Shown here piece after piece: positions 13,101-26,920 of a stretch of 64,000 nucleotides of DNA. How positions within the stretch are numbered: position 1 is the first letter of the stretch; each line of letters begins with the position of its first letter. The stretch is taken from NCBI GenBank assembly GCA_000934665.2, contig KZ537962.1, positions 124,001-188,000 on the forward strand, read 5' to 3'. Source of the DNA: Catajapyx aquilonaris (lineage: Eukaryota). The translations under genes and the position numbers were made by a program. The notes under the pieces are model-generated. The model was not told the origin of the DNA. It ran no database searches and saw only the letters and a list, made by a program, of their open reading frames with translations.

Positions 13101-14558
13101 CATAGCTCAAAAACTAATTTGTATTTATTCAAACTAAAAAACACCAATACAATTCATTTAAAAATAAGGATGATCGTTACATGGGTTTGCAAACTGTAAG
13201 CTAGGGCCCATTACATCCTTCTGAGACCTGGTATCATACTATCTCGACATTTTTACAGATTTTTTGTTTATAGCCAAATGGGATGCAACTTTTCTGTACC
13301 TACCTGTAGAGTATACAGACCTAGGTATATACACACACATTATGATCGAGTACCGCGTTGCATAGTGTAATATTTAAATTTAGTATTGACTGTTTGTCGT
13401 CTGAGATGGGCAGGGGTGGGGGGTGGGTTGTGTATAGGTTTAATTTTACAAGTTTTAATTTAGTTCATATTTTGGGTTAGCTTGTGGTTCCCGTCATCGG
13501 TGACTACCCCTTACAAGGAAATGTCGTGATGGTGGTGATGATGATGATTATGATATATTGTGTGAAAATTAAGGCTTTCTTTATTAGCTAGCAAGCACAT
13601 TCTTGGTCTTATCGATTCACAGAAATGGGCACACCACGTGTATTCATATACAAAAAGTGATCAAGAAGTTAATCTGCATGATGTGCATTGTGGGACTTGG
13701 ATGTACCATATAGTTTCTGTTGATCCTGCTGGTGATGATAGTCATTCTCTGCCCATTATGCTGCTCCTCCAAGAAGGTTCTCCAGACGGACAGAAGGAGC
13801 TGGACTTGAAACTGAGGAAGAGCACAGTACCTAGTAGAATGTCGAAGGTTTTATCAGTGAAAACGTGACTGGCTTTTATGGTGGAGCTTCTGCGAATTAT
13901 CTCTCACTTAATGAAATATTAGCTGGTGGTAGATGTATGTATGGAATATGAGGGAAGAAAAACCAAAGCGGATATTTGACTGCTTGGTTCCCATGGCCAT
14001 GTCCACACATATGCAATGTCTGTGTACATAGCCATTCCTTTGAATTTTCGTCAAAGAAAAATGTTTTCCATATAACCTCTTACTCACTAAACACCCTGCT
14101 GCTAAGAATGAGTATAAAGTCCTCCACTTAGGCTACTGACGCCAAACAATACACAGGTATGAAACAAATTGATGGGTCAGGCAACATGGCACTGACAGCA
14201 TGAGCAATATCGCTGTTTTTAATGTGCTTGTTTCATTGAGGGTGGCAATGGCTCCATGACAATTTAGGCTGAAAAGATGTTTTATATAACTTCATACCTT
14301 TGGACATCCATCCTGTCAATTGAAGAGGGGTTGTGGGTCATACAGCACGAAAGGCAATGGATGACCATGATGCTCTGTCTCGGCCATTGGTGAGAAAGCT
14401 CCATACAGTTCGATTCCTGTCGTCCTGTGAGACAGACGGGTTACAGCTTGAGTCCTGAATACACTGCCATTGTCATTGTTGCTGTTATACCTTCCCCGGT
14501 GTGTTACTTTATGTGGTGTCTCTGACGATTCAACGTGGGGCACTGTAAGTCCAAAAAA

Positions 14559-14683
14559 TGGGTCGAATTTTCGTCCCACTGCTAGATACTGCTGACATGT
14601 CAATGCCAGTGCTAACACTGGTACACTAACAAGTTAGAGTTGTAAGTTAGAGGTAACTAGAAGTGGGACAAAAATTCCACCCA
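14559..14683. repeat. Short imperfect inverted repeat (degenerate MITE-like hairpin)
   Basis: TGGGTCGAATTTTCGTCCCACTGCTAG pairs with CTAGAAGTGGGACAAAAATTCCACCCA. Confidence 0.5.
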
Positions 14684-15990
14684 CAATGTCTCGCCAACGA
14701 AGAAAATATAACGTAAACGGACTTTTTCTGGAAGTAAAAATCTATGGTAAGTTGTATTATTTTGATTGAAACAAGCAGCATACACTTTGTACAGTACAGT
14801 AGTTCATTAATACTGGGAATATCTCATTTTTAAGGTGTCCAGAACCATTTTCTGATTATCTGGTGACACCCGTGCAGTCATGAACCTGAATCATCATGAG
14901 TACAGTGCATTTCTGTTCTTGTGCACAGTGTCTGATGGGATTCAATTTACTCAAATGTAGAAGTCCCTTGTTATCATAAAGCGGAGATTCTCTGTCAGGT
15001 TGGGTGGCAATGAAGAATAGTGGGCGGTTCTGGTTTTTGCACAGTGTAGGGGCGTCCACTCCTTTTGAAAATCCATTGTGTTGCATCAGAACTAATTTTT
15101 CTGAGGTCCTCAGGTATGCAATGTGAATCGGAAAATCCTTCCTGACCACAATGTGCATCCAAACTCCCCCCNCCCAAGCCAGACCCAGCCACACCCCACA
15201 CCATTACATTGCATGGGCCAGAGGAGGCAATGACAAATCCAAAGCACATCCAAAGTGGCCCTTGGGGCACCCCCAGCCAACCTGAGGCAAACCCTATGGG
15301 GCAGAACCCCAGCCAAACCCCTGGCTTATGCCACTACCACCTGGGCGGGCCTTTTAAAAAATACTGCCACTCTCACGTAATGTCATCAGGGGACAGACAT
15401 TTGTTGATGCTGAATATTACACTCCTTTGCAGAAGGAAAGTTGCATGCAAAAATGCATGCTAAAAATGAAAATTCTCTCTAAACCATTTCCGCTAGTTTA
15501 TTGCCTCTTTGGTTAATTCTCTATGAAAGAATGGAAAAAAGGGTAACTCATATCACACAGTCCACTCAATCTCTCTCACATGTGGTACATTCAAGCCTCA
15601 TGATCCCAAGCTCATTTAAAAAACAACATACATCTTCATCCAAGCTGGGACTTGGCTCATGAACATTCCCAAGGTTGGTACCTTTGCAAACCTTAACTCT
15701 TGGTCTACACATACACAAAGAGGAAACAACTGCTGCTGTGGCAATGACCACTGGGGGAAGTTGGCACCTGGACAAGAAATGGTGAGAATATTTGCATCGT
15801 TCTCCTCTACAGAGTGGTAGGAGACTGTCAGTCATCTGCAACAACTGCTTATCAATATTATGAAGAAAATGCTCCAGTCAATTTTATTTTGAATCATCGT
15901 CAATGAAGAGGCCAACAACAATTGATAATTTGTTATGGATACCTGTGATAGGTCTGTGGCCAAATCCTGACTTTATTCATTAACTTCCCT

Positions 15991-16134
15991 GTGATGGATT
16001 TCAATTGTTGGAGGACCGGAAGAGCCCAAAGAAATTCCACACAAGCACAGAGAGAGTCTATCAAAACTCTCTCCAAATGAGAAAATCCTTGGCACCTCAG
16101 AGGTGGAATGCTGTGGCACTAACAACTACACCCC
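15991..16134 (-). mobile_element. Degenerate copy of the same tRNA-SINE family
   Basis: Shares ATCAAAACTCT, CCTCAGAGGTGGAATGCTGTGGC and AACTACACC with the 3229-3458 copy. Confidence 0.6.
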
Positions 16135-18397
16135 TTCATTCCCAAGTTTAATAAAACTGTTGGTCAACTATGCAGTGAAAATATGCTCGTACAAGCAGCA
16201 TTCTGTCATACAGGTGTTGTAAAATGTGGAGTAAAAATTATATTAATGTGAATGGCATTGTAACTGATACAGATGTGACCTTAATTATGAAGCGCCCACT
16301 AAATACTGGGGCACCAAGATGCAATATTGGACAACTCTCAAACAAGACAGATGATGCCCATGAAATTCCAGTAGTGGAGTACTTCCAAGATAGAGAAAGT
16401 ACTTGCAATACCATAAGGATGCTTCATGGAACTACAAAATACTAATACGGATAATCACTGAAATCTTCAGACAACTTCAGAGATAATCCTCAGTATGGTA
16501 ATCATTGCTGACCTTTCCTGTTCTCTCCGGAAAATACCCACACAACAGCCTGTATATGCCATGGATTTGAACCTCATGTCATGCCACCCCTAGAAAGCGA
16601 CAATATTGTATACTGTGCACCAATAATAATTCATTTGGAAAGGACTGGACCATTTTTGTCTTAGTAAATTAACGCAGGTATCTGTTGCATGACAATCTAA
16701 TCACCCTGAGCACTAACCATACATATCCGGTAGTGGTGGTACATGATCATGTCTGGTAATGCACTCTGTAATATATTGCCACAGAGCGCATTTTCATCTT
16801 TGTGAACACAAATCAAGTTCATTGGATCCACTGCATCACAAAACCCAACTGATGTACAGTACAATGTGATGTCCAGTGGAGATTCTCACTGATAACGCTG
16901 TCACCTCTGACTTATTGCAACTGTAGGTTTGCATTCTCCAGACATCACAAGTTATGAGTGAAGAGATGTTTAGGGCAAGGAAAAAAAAATAAATCTGAAA
17001 ATACTCTTGCTTCCATCTGAATACCGATCACCCACAAATTGTGCCCTGGAACACTGCTGTAACGAGTTCTCCAAGGTACAGTACAATGGTTGTCAGTCCC
17101 ACATGCACGTTCTAATTGAAGTAGGCATTACATGTCTTTCCAATTTAAACATTCCTTCACCCATTGGGTTCATCTTGCTTCATTAATAACAATTTGATAC
17201 ATAAATTCCCACTCAAAACAAAATAAATAAATAACTTTATTATTAATAATAATTGGCTCTGTGCCCAAATAAAATCCTTCAATGCCTCTGCATATGCAAA
17301 AAATATTTAATAGGAACCACAAAATCACTTAATTAACAGTAATATATGCATCATAGGCATCAAAGCCTGAAGTTCAATTCTTACAAGCTGTCCTGCACTT
17401 TGTAACACATTCAATTTTCAAACGTAACACTCCACACATTTTGGGCATATCTATATTAAAATACAACTTTTTATCGCCCACAAGAATGACTTTTAAAATT
17501 CAAAACGCTGTTCTCACCATATTATTAGTATATTATATTCTTCCTCAAAATTTTCTGTACCATTATAATTTAATGTAACATGTGCCCATAACTCTCCCAT
17601 CAAACAATATGTGCATACTCTCTAATACTGGATGTACAATTTGCCATTGTACATGAAACGGCATTAAGGTGAACAAAATTTGGAGTGAATTTCTTACAAG
17701 TCATGTGCACATGTTAGATCACACTGCATAATTATTGTGTTGTGCTGCAATGAATCAACGCGAGAGACTCAACAGTTACCAGTCCAAGGCTGTAACATAC
17801 CAACCATTATATCACAGCACTTCAACAGTTGCACATATTACTATGAGCAATGATGACATATTTTGATTAATTGTTACACTGCAACTGCAACTAGTAACTA
17901 TTTGATGCCTCTTTGCTAGTTCATGCAGTACAGCTTTAAAAATCCATTTTGAAACTTTGGTATTTCGATTCTAATGCTAAAGTCATGCTGTGAGACGCAA
18001 TCAGTCTTTCATAGAATTTCCGTCCCTGAGCACCTAAAACAAACATTTCCATGTGACTCCGTACTCCATTTGCAAATGACAATTGTGCTGCAAATTTCTT
18101 GTGAAAAATTCCTCTATTGCAAAAAAAATTACTACTTTTGCTGACCTGGAGTAAGTAGTGTCACAAAATTGAATGGGGAAGGGAAAATTACAATCCTCGA
18201 TAAATTTTCTTCTAACCAACAAAAATCCCAATTGCATGGCTGCAGGACAAGCTTTTCACTCACTCACTCACAATTTCTCTTGGCTGATCCCCTGAAATGA
18301 ATCAAGAGCAAGTGTTACACACCTAAAGAACAACATGTCATCAGAATAAGCTCACCTGTATAATTATTTTAACGCCAGCTGCTTTATGACTGTCATT

Positions 18398-21300
18398 TCA
18401 TTTAGACTGAGCATCTTCATCATCCGAGTACTCTTCTGAGACGGCAGTGTTGAAGCTCAAACTGGACGCTGATTCCGACAGCTCCCAGCGGCCGGCTTTA
18501 GGTGGTGGACTGAAAATAAATATGCCTGAGATTGTAACATTAAGCACATTCACCATCAATTAGTGCAAGGTGTTGCTAGCACAGAAAAGAGGGACACCTC
18601 TTATTATTATTGGCTATGACAAATGACGCTCTGAGACAGATCGTAGCTAACGAAATTGTAAAAACTTCATGCTGATTTCTATCACGAAGACATTGCTTCT
18701 GAATACTGTGATGCAACTGACCTGTCCAGATCATCTCCATTCTCACTGCTGCCTTCTCTGCGTGGGCTGGATGGAGGTGAGAGTGCCTGCATGATGCGAC
18801 CCTTGCCCTCGTTCCATATGTGGGACTAAAAATTTCTTTCACTTAATCTCAGATTTGATAAGACTTTAAAAACACAGCTCTATCTCATATATACTGACCA
18901 GCCGTTCTCGTCCAAAGAGAAGAAGGAAAGACTGAATGAAGTCCCTCGACTTCTCTTCCCACTTCTGTATCATGTCCGCTCTCTTTTCCTCTAGGTTCTC
19001 AAACACCCTCTTCCCCTTGTCTTTTAGTTCATCCATCTTGTTCTGGAACCGGAACTTCTTTTCCTGGCCAGATGGACAGGCAGTGTCACAAACTCGTTTT
19101 ATTTAAAACCTTACTCTAATGTGCAGCTGACAGATAATAAATATTTCAACAGTGGTGGAAAATTTCTACAGGTAATCTATTGAAAATGGTCCAAATTGAT
19201 CCCAAGTGCACATTAATCAAGTCATTTTAAAGTCCAGCTAAATCATCGTTGATTACTTCTTATCATCATGGACCATAAGATACCTTTTACACATTACATC
19301 CACATGAATCTTATCCACTGAGGGTACATACATTGAGAAAGGACACATTCAGTTCCTTCGCTGAATATCCTCTGGCAAGGTTGCGCCTCACATACATGTC
19401 GTAGTCCCTGACAATTCGGGCTACCAGGTCTGAGGTCGAGATGCCCTCCGTCCTCTGTGTCCCTACAAACATGCCCTTGGCCTTCAGGTGAGCATACACA
19501 TCTACTGCACTACCTGTGGTGTAGGGCTCTTCATCATGTGCAACAAAATCAATCTAAGTGAGAAAAAAACATATGTTGAAGCATTATCATAAAGGAGGAG
19601 GATTAACTCACTTCAAGCAGGCCAAATTACGTACATTGAGAAAGATTTAACCAATCAGTTTTAATGTAGGTGTTTAGGGTTTCATTGATGCATGCTGACA
19701 GAGGTTAAGCGTAACATCTTGAATTTTCTAATTACGTAAGTTAAAATTTTAGACACAAAAATGATTATTCTCTGACATAATCAGTGCACACACGCTCCCT
19801 ACCTTGTGCTTCTGAAGGTACTCATCATCTATGGACCAGGGTGCATCCCTCACAACTTCATCCACATATCTGCAATGCCTCACTGACTCATAACGTTCTG
19901 CTTCCATCATCACTGTGCAGCCCTTGTTGGACAGGGTCAGCTCATCACTGCACACTTTGGGATAAAGCAAACTGAGTGAAAATATGAAGGTCCTATAAGA
20001 GGGAACCAAATTAGCCTAAAATTATTCTCTGACACATGAGTGTCATCACACTGTCCAAAAAAAGACGATGCTTTGTATGAAACAAAGAGACTAATGACAG
20101 GGTGTTCTGTAAAAGAATACAGAGCTGAGAAATGTAATGTCTCTAAAATAACTTCCAGTAAATGAAATACTCATTATAATTTAATCATGTGAAATAGTCG
20201 CAACTCATGTCCTGCAAAACAGTCAATTGGATGAGTAAATGAAAGAGGAAGGTGGGGAAATCAGGATTGGGAAAACGGGTATTTGATTAATTTGGCTTTA
20301 CATCATATAACAGTAAAAATTAATATGAGTATATCCATGATATCAATCTTACCTCCCACTATAAGGTACACATTTGGGAAAATGTTCTTGGACTGCATAA
20401 GCTGCCTCGCATGGCCCTCGTGAAACAGGTCGTATATACCATCTGCATAAACACGGACTGGGCGAGGAGCTGTGAACACAATGGAGATTAGCTTATTCAC
20501 TCTTCACAATGCCTTTAAAAATATTCATAAGTGACAAATGCACCTGTGCCTGCCCGGGCCATTTCAAGGGTGATTTTGATGGAGTAGTCGCACTTGTTGC
20601 TCTCAAGAATGGCAGCTTCATCATCACTGAAAGGAGCTGGTCTGTAGATGGTCTGTAAAAAAATTTATCATATATTTAAAGAGTTACTTTCATCTACAAG
20701 GCCATATATCCGTCTTACTTATCCATGCCATATATTTCCCTAAAGAAGTTACACAGTTGGATCATTCTACGTCAGTTTAGTACCAAGATTACCCATGGTA
20801 TCTCAGGTCATGTTGAAACTTTTTAAAGTGAAAGTACTCCACCCACACAAAGGTGCCTGAGTCAATTTGTCTGGAAAGTTTTTAACAGCATTACAGGAGG
20901 TGGGGGTGGAATTTGTGACAAGCCACAGCACAGTACCTGAAAAGTCACGATCCTTAATACTGACAGTAAAGTTCTTAGGGAGAGCTATTAGGCCTATTAC
21001 AAATTACACCTTCTCCTGTAACTCCATTAAATAAAATTTTCCAGGCAAATGGGGCATGTGCACATTGGTTTAAGGCAGAGTACTTCCAGCCCAAAAAGTT
21101 TGACTGATATCCGAGATACCAAGGGCTAATCTGAACGAACTGTACAAACTGATGTGGAATGACCTAATGAGCGATCGTGTGAGGTGGCAATGTACTACAC
21201 AGTACTTTTAGACACAAGACATGTGGAATATTCATCTCCTTAAAAGAAGTAGGTAAATTGTATACCAACATTATCAAGTCTGAGCTATTCATGCTTACTT

Positions 21301-24300
21301 AAAATATGCACAAAATGACCTACACTCTTGCACAATTATAGAAGCCAAAAATATACTTCTCAACTGTTTACATTTTAACAACAACTACTGTAATGTTTCA
21401 CCTAGCATTAGAAACGTGACCAAACATAAGCAATTTCAGTGTAAAACTACCATGATTTGTCCAAAACTACCCTGGAACTATCTTGAATTTACCATCCCGC
21501 AAGTAGTCAAGAGTGTAGTGCCACACTATTGGTAGTGCACCTATATTACTGAGTCACCTCCCACATTCCCAACTCACCCAAAGCACATTCATTCCCAAAC
21601 TTGTCAGTGCCACCAGCTGAACCAATTTATCATTTGACATGCCTGACAAGGAGCTGTTAGTGTTGTCATGCATTCAGGTCATATGTACTACCTCCACATT
21701 AGTATAGGAAATGCTGTTGCAAATGTTACGGCAAGTGCACCCACACCTCTTTCTTTTGTGCTCCACAATGGTTAGTAGACAACACTTTATTATCCCACCA
21801 CCAATGCATTTGTTAAAAATCTCCACAAGCTCAACAGGTAATTCTTGCAAAGAAATAAATAAAACTGTACTTCTTGTTCAGCCAGGAAAGTAGAGCTTGA
21901 GTGTTATTCATGACGGGCGTGGCAAGGAATTCCCTGCAGAATCAGTTCTAATCTTGGTATACTGACGAGTGAGGTTAGCAGCATCAAAAAAGTTCGGATT
22001 TGCTCAGGTTGTGTCCTCCATAACAGGGAAGGTGGTGGTTTCCCCTATTTGAACAGTGCGCTTCCTTCCTGACATGCTTCATCACCTGCCCCGAAAGTAG
22101 AGTACCACTTCTACATAATTTATGAGCCACTTCAAATGAGAGCTAAATCCATTATGTTCTCCACATACGTAGCCTGCATTTGACATGCACAGACATGTGT
22201 TAAAAAGTTACTATCTTCGCAGGTCAGTTTATCACCTGCAGTGCATCAATTTTACCAACTGTTAAAATCTAAATATGAACTGTAATGTTACCAGACGTTT
22301 ATGCAAACAGAACACCACATGTACAGTACATCTGTTCCACAACATTTTTCTGAAGTGACTGTCATATGTAAAGTGCCAGCCTGAATGAGGAAAGTTATTT
22401 ATAATCAATTGACGTAATACTGAGCTGTTCACAAACTCTTCAAAAATTGCACAACAGTGCTAATTTAAAAACCTCAGTATGTTAGTCATATGTATTGTCA
22501 ACTTTCAATGTAAATGCAGGGATTTTGTACAAGCTAGCATTACAAGTGCACTGGTAACAGGCAGCAATAAAGAGGACCAACCGGTCATTCAGACTGCAAG
22601 TAGTATATTTGACACCATTCATTTGTCTTTAACAAAACAATATATTCTTGTCTTCTTCCTTCTCTCCTTCATAAAAACAAGATAATGAGTAGCAAGCAAA
22701 TATTCCCAGGTTTTCAGTGGATTTTAATTGAATCATCCTTATTTGTTCAAGAGATTGTGATTGGTTCAATCCTTGACCTTGGACGTTATGGTTCTGAGCC
22801 AGCAATTCCAATGATTCAGCTATGGATATCACAATATGGTTGGTTAACAACACTAGTTAGGAATTTTGATTACAGAGTGCCTTATCATCACCGAACCTAT
22901 CAATCATAATCAAGCAGCAAAGGAAGCTGAGAGAGGAGGCAAAGCCCAATTTGTGTGACATAGCGCCTACAAGAAGAGATAGAAAAGGACAGATGCAGAT
23001 GTGGTCTTTCTGAAAGGCAGCTATCCTGAAATCAAAGGGGGGAAACAACGTCCCAAGGTCATTCACACTGGGAATTGAATCTGTTCTCCTTAATGGCAGG
23101 CTGCGTGCACAACTAGCGGAAACTGCCTTCGTATTGAAATTATGGGACTGAATTGAGGTTTCCATTCAACATAACATTGAGAGCTAACAAAGGCCTTCCA
23201 AGTAACCACTCTGTACCTGCTTAATAATGAAATGTTTAGGGCCAAAAAACCGCTAACTAAAACAATACACTATACAGTTGGAAAAGGCAATGGCTTCATG
23301 CCTTTGCAACCAATAGATTCAGTTCAGCTCTATCAAACTGTTTGCCACTTCCCAATACACATTTGGCAAATTAGTCTGCATAAACAGACAATCACCAATT
23401 TATATTGCAGTAGCATTGGCATCCTTGCAAATCAGAATTTCAGCAGTTATCAAAGCGTTTAGGAAGGGCATTTCATCTCACTTTAAGGTCAATGGCGTAG
23501 GCTAAGATCAGGTCACTGATTTTCAGAAATTGTCAACACTGCACTGTTATAATTATTATCATGTACTGATGCAATGTTCCAGAATATTTTTTAGCCAACA
23601 TCACTATTTTGCAAGAATATGCACTTAGATCTAATTAATAAATGTTATCTCATGAGTGCTTTACATAACTTTACCTCATAAGACAGTAGAATAAAGGCCC
23701 ATTCACACAGGCCGTCGACGGTTTTGGTTTTGGTTTCGATTTTGGTTTTGGACCAATCAGAGCGGGCCCTCACTGTAACCATGACGCGTTGTTTACGTGA
23801 GGGCCCGTTCTGATTGGTCCGCGGAGTCGACGAGACCAAAAACCAAAACCGTCGACGGCCTGTGTGAATGGGCCTTAATACTGCATGTCATGTTGCATAG
23901 CAATATCTGAGAGACTTACTGGAAATCACAAGAAATATCTCACTTTTTCCTCAATTACTGCAAAGCCTGTTGCAAATAAATATGTCACAATACCGTGGCA
24001 TATGCACTGAGAACTGACAAAGTTGACATGTGAGCATTTTCCAGAAAATGAATTTTATTTATGCATGTCATTTCTGAACGAGATTGAGGTCCAACATGTT
24101 GACAAGTACTGATACATTTACTTGGCAAAAATTATACGAGGGCCGTACTAAAATGATTTACGATTTATTTTTTTGCCACAAATATAGTGCTCGTACAGGT
24201 TGGCAGATAGTCACATATTATAGATAGAATCCTCTTGGAGTCAAATACACACGAGTAATGGGTGTGAAACCTCTCTGTGCCCTCCAGGAACCATTATTTG

Positions 24301-26920
24301 GAGGTTCGGGACGCCCCATCCCGGACAACTCCTTACAGTCAACCATGTCCTCGAAATTGCATTATCAGCGAAGGAGTTTTTCTCATGGATCTGAACAGGT
24401 GAAAGTCACTGGTGGCCAAGCCGGGTGAGTGCAGCAGGTGTGGAAGCACCCAAACCAGATCCATGGAAAAAACCATTCGCCGACGCCATTTCGAGGACAC
24501 TGTTGACAGTTGGTTACATTGTTGATTGTGCACAGTTGTCCGGTTGTGGGTGTGTCGCACCTCCAAAAAGTGGTTCCTGGAGGGCCTGGAGAGGTTGACA
24601 CACATGTGGTGGTAGTGAATTCGGCTCCAGGAGGATTCTATCTATAATGTGTGACTATCTGCCGATGTGTACGGGCACTGTATTTGCGGCGAAAAAATTA
24701 ATTGTAAATCATTTTAGTGCGGCCCTCGTATTATGGTGTATCATTGGAGATTTCAAAATGCTATATTTGCAATCAATATTTATTAAAATAAATTATCAAA
24801 TTATGCACTCACAAATATCAAGCTCAAATATGGCAGCATATTAATTAAATTCGTTGCATCAGACGTGAATCAGATGCATTGAAAGTCAAAGTTGTTTAAA
24901 GTACTGGGCAAAAACAAATGTTTCCTTCACTTTTCATGACAAATGAGCGGTTGGAAATGTTGCGTTCATTCAGTCCCAACAATAAACTAACAGGTTGTCA
25001 CCACCTTAAAAGCCTGCACCAGAAACATTCAAAATTAAAATAAGACACCCTATCATGCACCTGTCTGAACAGCCTGACAAACAACCGAGAGTGAACAGCC
25101 CATCAACCAAGCGTGGCAATCACATCTTCAAATCCACTCAATCACCTGTAAACCAAACCAGGTGTATTTTGAATTCTCACCTGACTTAAGTCCCTCATGA
25201 TTCTAACAGCTCGCGACCAACCCGTTGCAAGGTCCAGTTCCTACTGTGCCACAGTGAAAGATTTCGCAAAAACATCACCTCCTACTCCCTCCCACCCACC
25301 CTCCCTACCCTCCAGGACCTCCGCAACAGTGACGTCAGTATCAACACCAAGCAGAATTTCTTCCTACGATTCCGTTATCTGCCTTTTTTTACCCCCAGGA
25401 ATCCGAGATGTCACCTTCTTGAACTAGAATTTGGAACCAGCTACGAGCGGTATCTCACGAACGTTGTTTGGTACACGCACTTGACTGATGCAAAAACAAT
25501 GTCCTTGATAACGATGATGAAACATATATGACGTGAGAAAAGACCTGCTTCAAAAGGATTTCCCACGCGCTGCACATTGCGCAAATTTCTCGCGAAATTT
25601 CTCCTCCCATCCTCCAAACGTGAATGGAAAATGGAATTTACTCTACTCGATTGTTGAATTGGATCTTTTCCAAGACGCCTTACAATCGATCCGGCAAAAC
25701 GATGCCAACCCGTTATAATTTGCTGAAAGGTCGCATATCCCGAAAACTGCCTAAATGTCATCCACGTGAACTCCCCCATTGTTTTTACGGGGCCATAGAT
25801 ATATCTATATATAAAATAAGTGCGCCCTGACCACAAGTCCAAGTTCCATGATTCTTATCAGAAAAAGATCGGGATCGAAGTGCGTGAGTCCCCCTAGATA
25901 ATAATTATCACAGGGTCGATGGCAAGCGTCCATTTCGACCAAAACAATACCTATGGGACACGCGCTCGCAATTACATCATATTACGCTGCCTCGTCATTA
26001 CTACAAGATCGATCACCCCCCCCCCCCCNNNNAAAAAAAAAAAAAAAAAAATCAGGACAAATTCAGCTAATTTATCATCAGAAAAATGTCAAGTTGACAC
26101 ACCATCAGCAATGGTCCGCATTGCCTACCCATGGTAACTATAATTTGCCCCGCAAACTTTGTCCTCGTGGTCATGGGTCACCCGTTGCCGTTGGTGGCTC
26201 GTGCTGCTTCCATAAACAACTTGCATTGACCCGCGACCAAGGGAAGACCCCAGCATGCTTGCAACACGTCACCAAATCAGCTTTGCCCGAATGACATGAG
26301 AACTGCATTAAATTCTTAAGAGGCGCCTCCCATTTCGTGACGGGTCCGGGTGAGAAATTCCCGTCGAAAACAACCCGGGGCTACTCTATCCGGTACTTGC
26401 GACCTGACACGTTACCTGGCCACACCATACAATTTCGGTTACGGTACCGCATAAGGTACAATTACTCCACCGGTACCCAGAATAAAAGGAAATAATAGGA
26501 AAATAAGGAAAATCCTCCGATGTTGCAACTCGATATCACTGGCTACGCCTCCGTCCTCGTAACACTACAGACTACTGATCCAGTTTCCTTTCCCTTTCGA
26601 CCAGGGCCAACCTCATTCCCTAAATCCCAACTGGTTAAGAAACACTCCTTACATAACCCACCCAATTTGCCAAATTAATTCTTCGAAACTAGAGCATGCA
26701 AAATGTATTTCGACGCTGGTCAATATTGATGGTTCTGCACTATGATTAGGCAACGCCGTGTGTCCCATGTACGATGTTTCATACTGTTAACGACCTTTTT
26801 AATATTACCTTAATATTTGCATAAATATGACAACCGAGGACATGCGGGTGCCCAAATAAATGTACTCACCGGTTGCGGGCGTTGAGCCAGAACCCCGTTG
26901 TGGGATCGCTTTAACGACAT
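18398..26920 (-). CDS. PCYT1: Choline-phosphate cytidylyltransferase (CCT), isoform starting MSLKRSHNG
   Basis: Exons 26870-26920, 20544-20652 (PAPFSDD), 20353-20469 ([19 protein letters not shown], HxGH motif), 19803-19954 ([15 protein letters not shown]), 19332-19553 (IDFVAHD...RTEGISTSD), 18899-19063, 18722-18825 (SPPSSP), 18398-18509 (stop TGA). All GT-AG and in phase. Confidence 0.95.
20759..21165. mobile_element. Degenerate long-TIR MITE (Kolobok-like termini) in PCYT1 intron
   Basis: Left GGATCATTCTACGTCAGTTTAGTAC...GGTATCTC mirrors right GAGATACC...GTACAAACTGATGTGGAATGACCT; imperfect arms of about 150 bp. Superfamily is tentative. Confidence 0.55.
23695..23875. mobile_element. PIF/Harbinger (Tourist-like) MITE, nearly fully palindromic
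   Basis: TAA TSD on both sides. TIR AGGCCCATTCACACAGGCCGTCGACGGTTTTGGTTTT matches perfectly at both ends; inner arms GGACCAATCAGAGCGGGCCCTCAC / GTGAGGGCCCGTTCTGATTGGTCC. Confidence 0.9.
24137..24728 (-). mobile_element. Internally deleted mariner element
   Basis: TA TSD, ~100-bp imperfect TIRs starting CGAGGGCCG. Internal minus-strand relic [22 protein letters not shown] resembles the mariner LPHPPYSPDLAPSDFHLF motif. Confidence 0.85.
25181..25198 (-). CDS. PCYT1: Candidate alternative first coding exon of PCYT1 (MRDLSQ)
   Basis: ATG AGG GAC TTA AGT CAG followed by donor GTGAGA; phase 0, compatible with exon 20544-20652; lies in a CpG-enriched region. Confidence 0.45.

Noticed and set aside
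14856..15463. Cluster of ORFs between CAB39 and PCYT1
   Set aside because: No recognisable motifs, spans an ambiguous base, likely non-coding.
21900..22085. MSGRKR... as a PCYT1 first exon
   Set aside because: In-frame TGA after 23 codons and no compatible donor.
26016..26051. C-run / NNNN / A-run
   Set aside because: Low-quality assembly junction (also an N at 15172); not interpretable.
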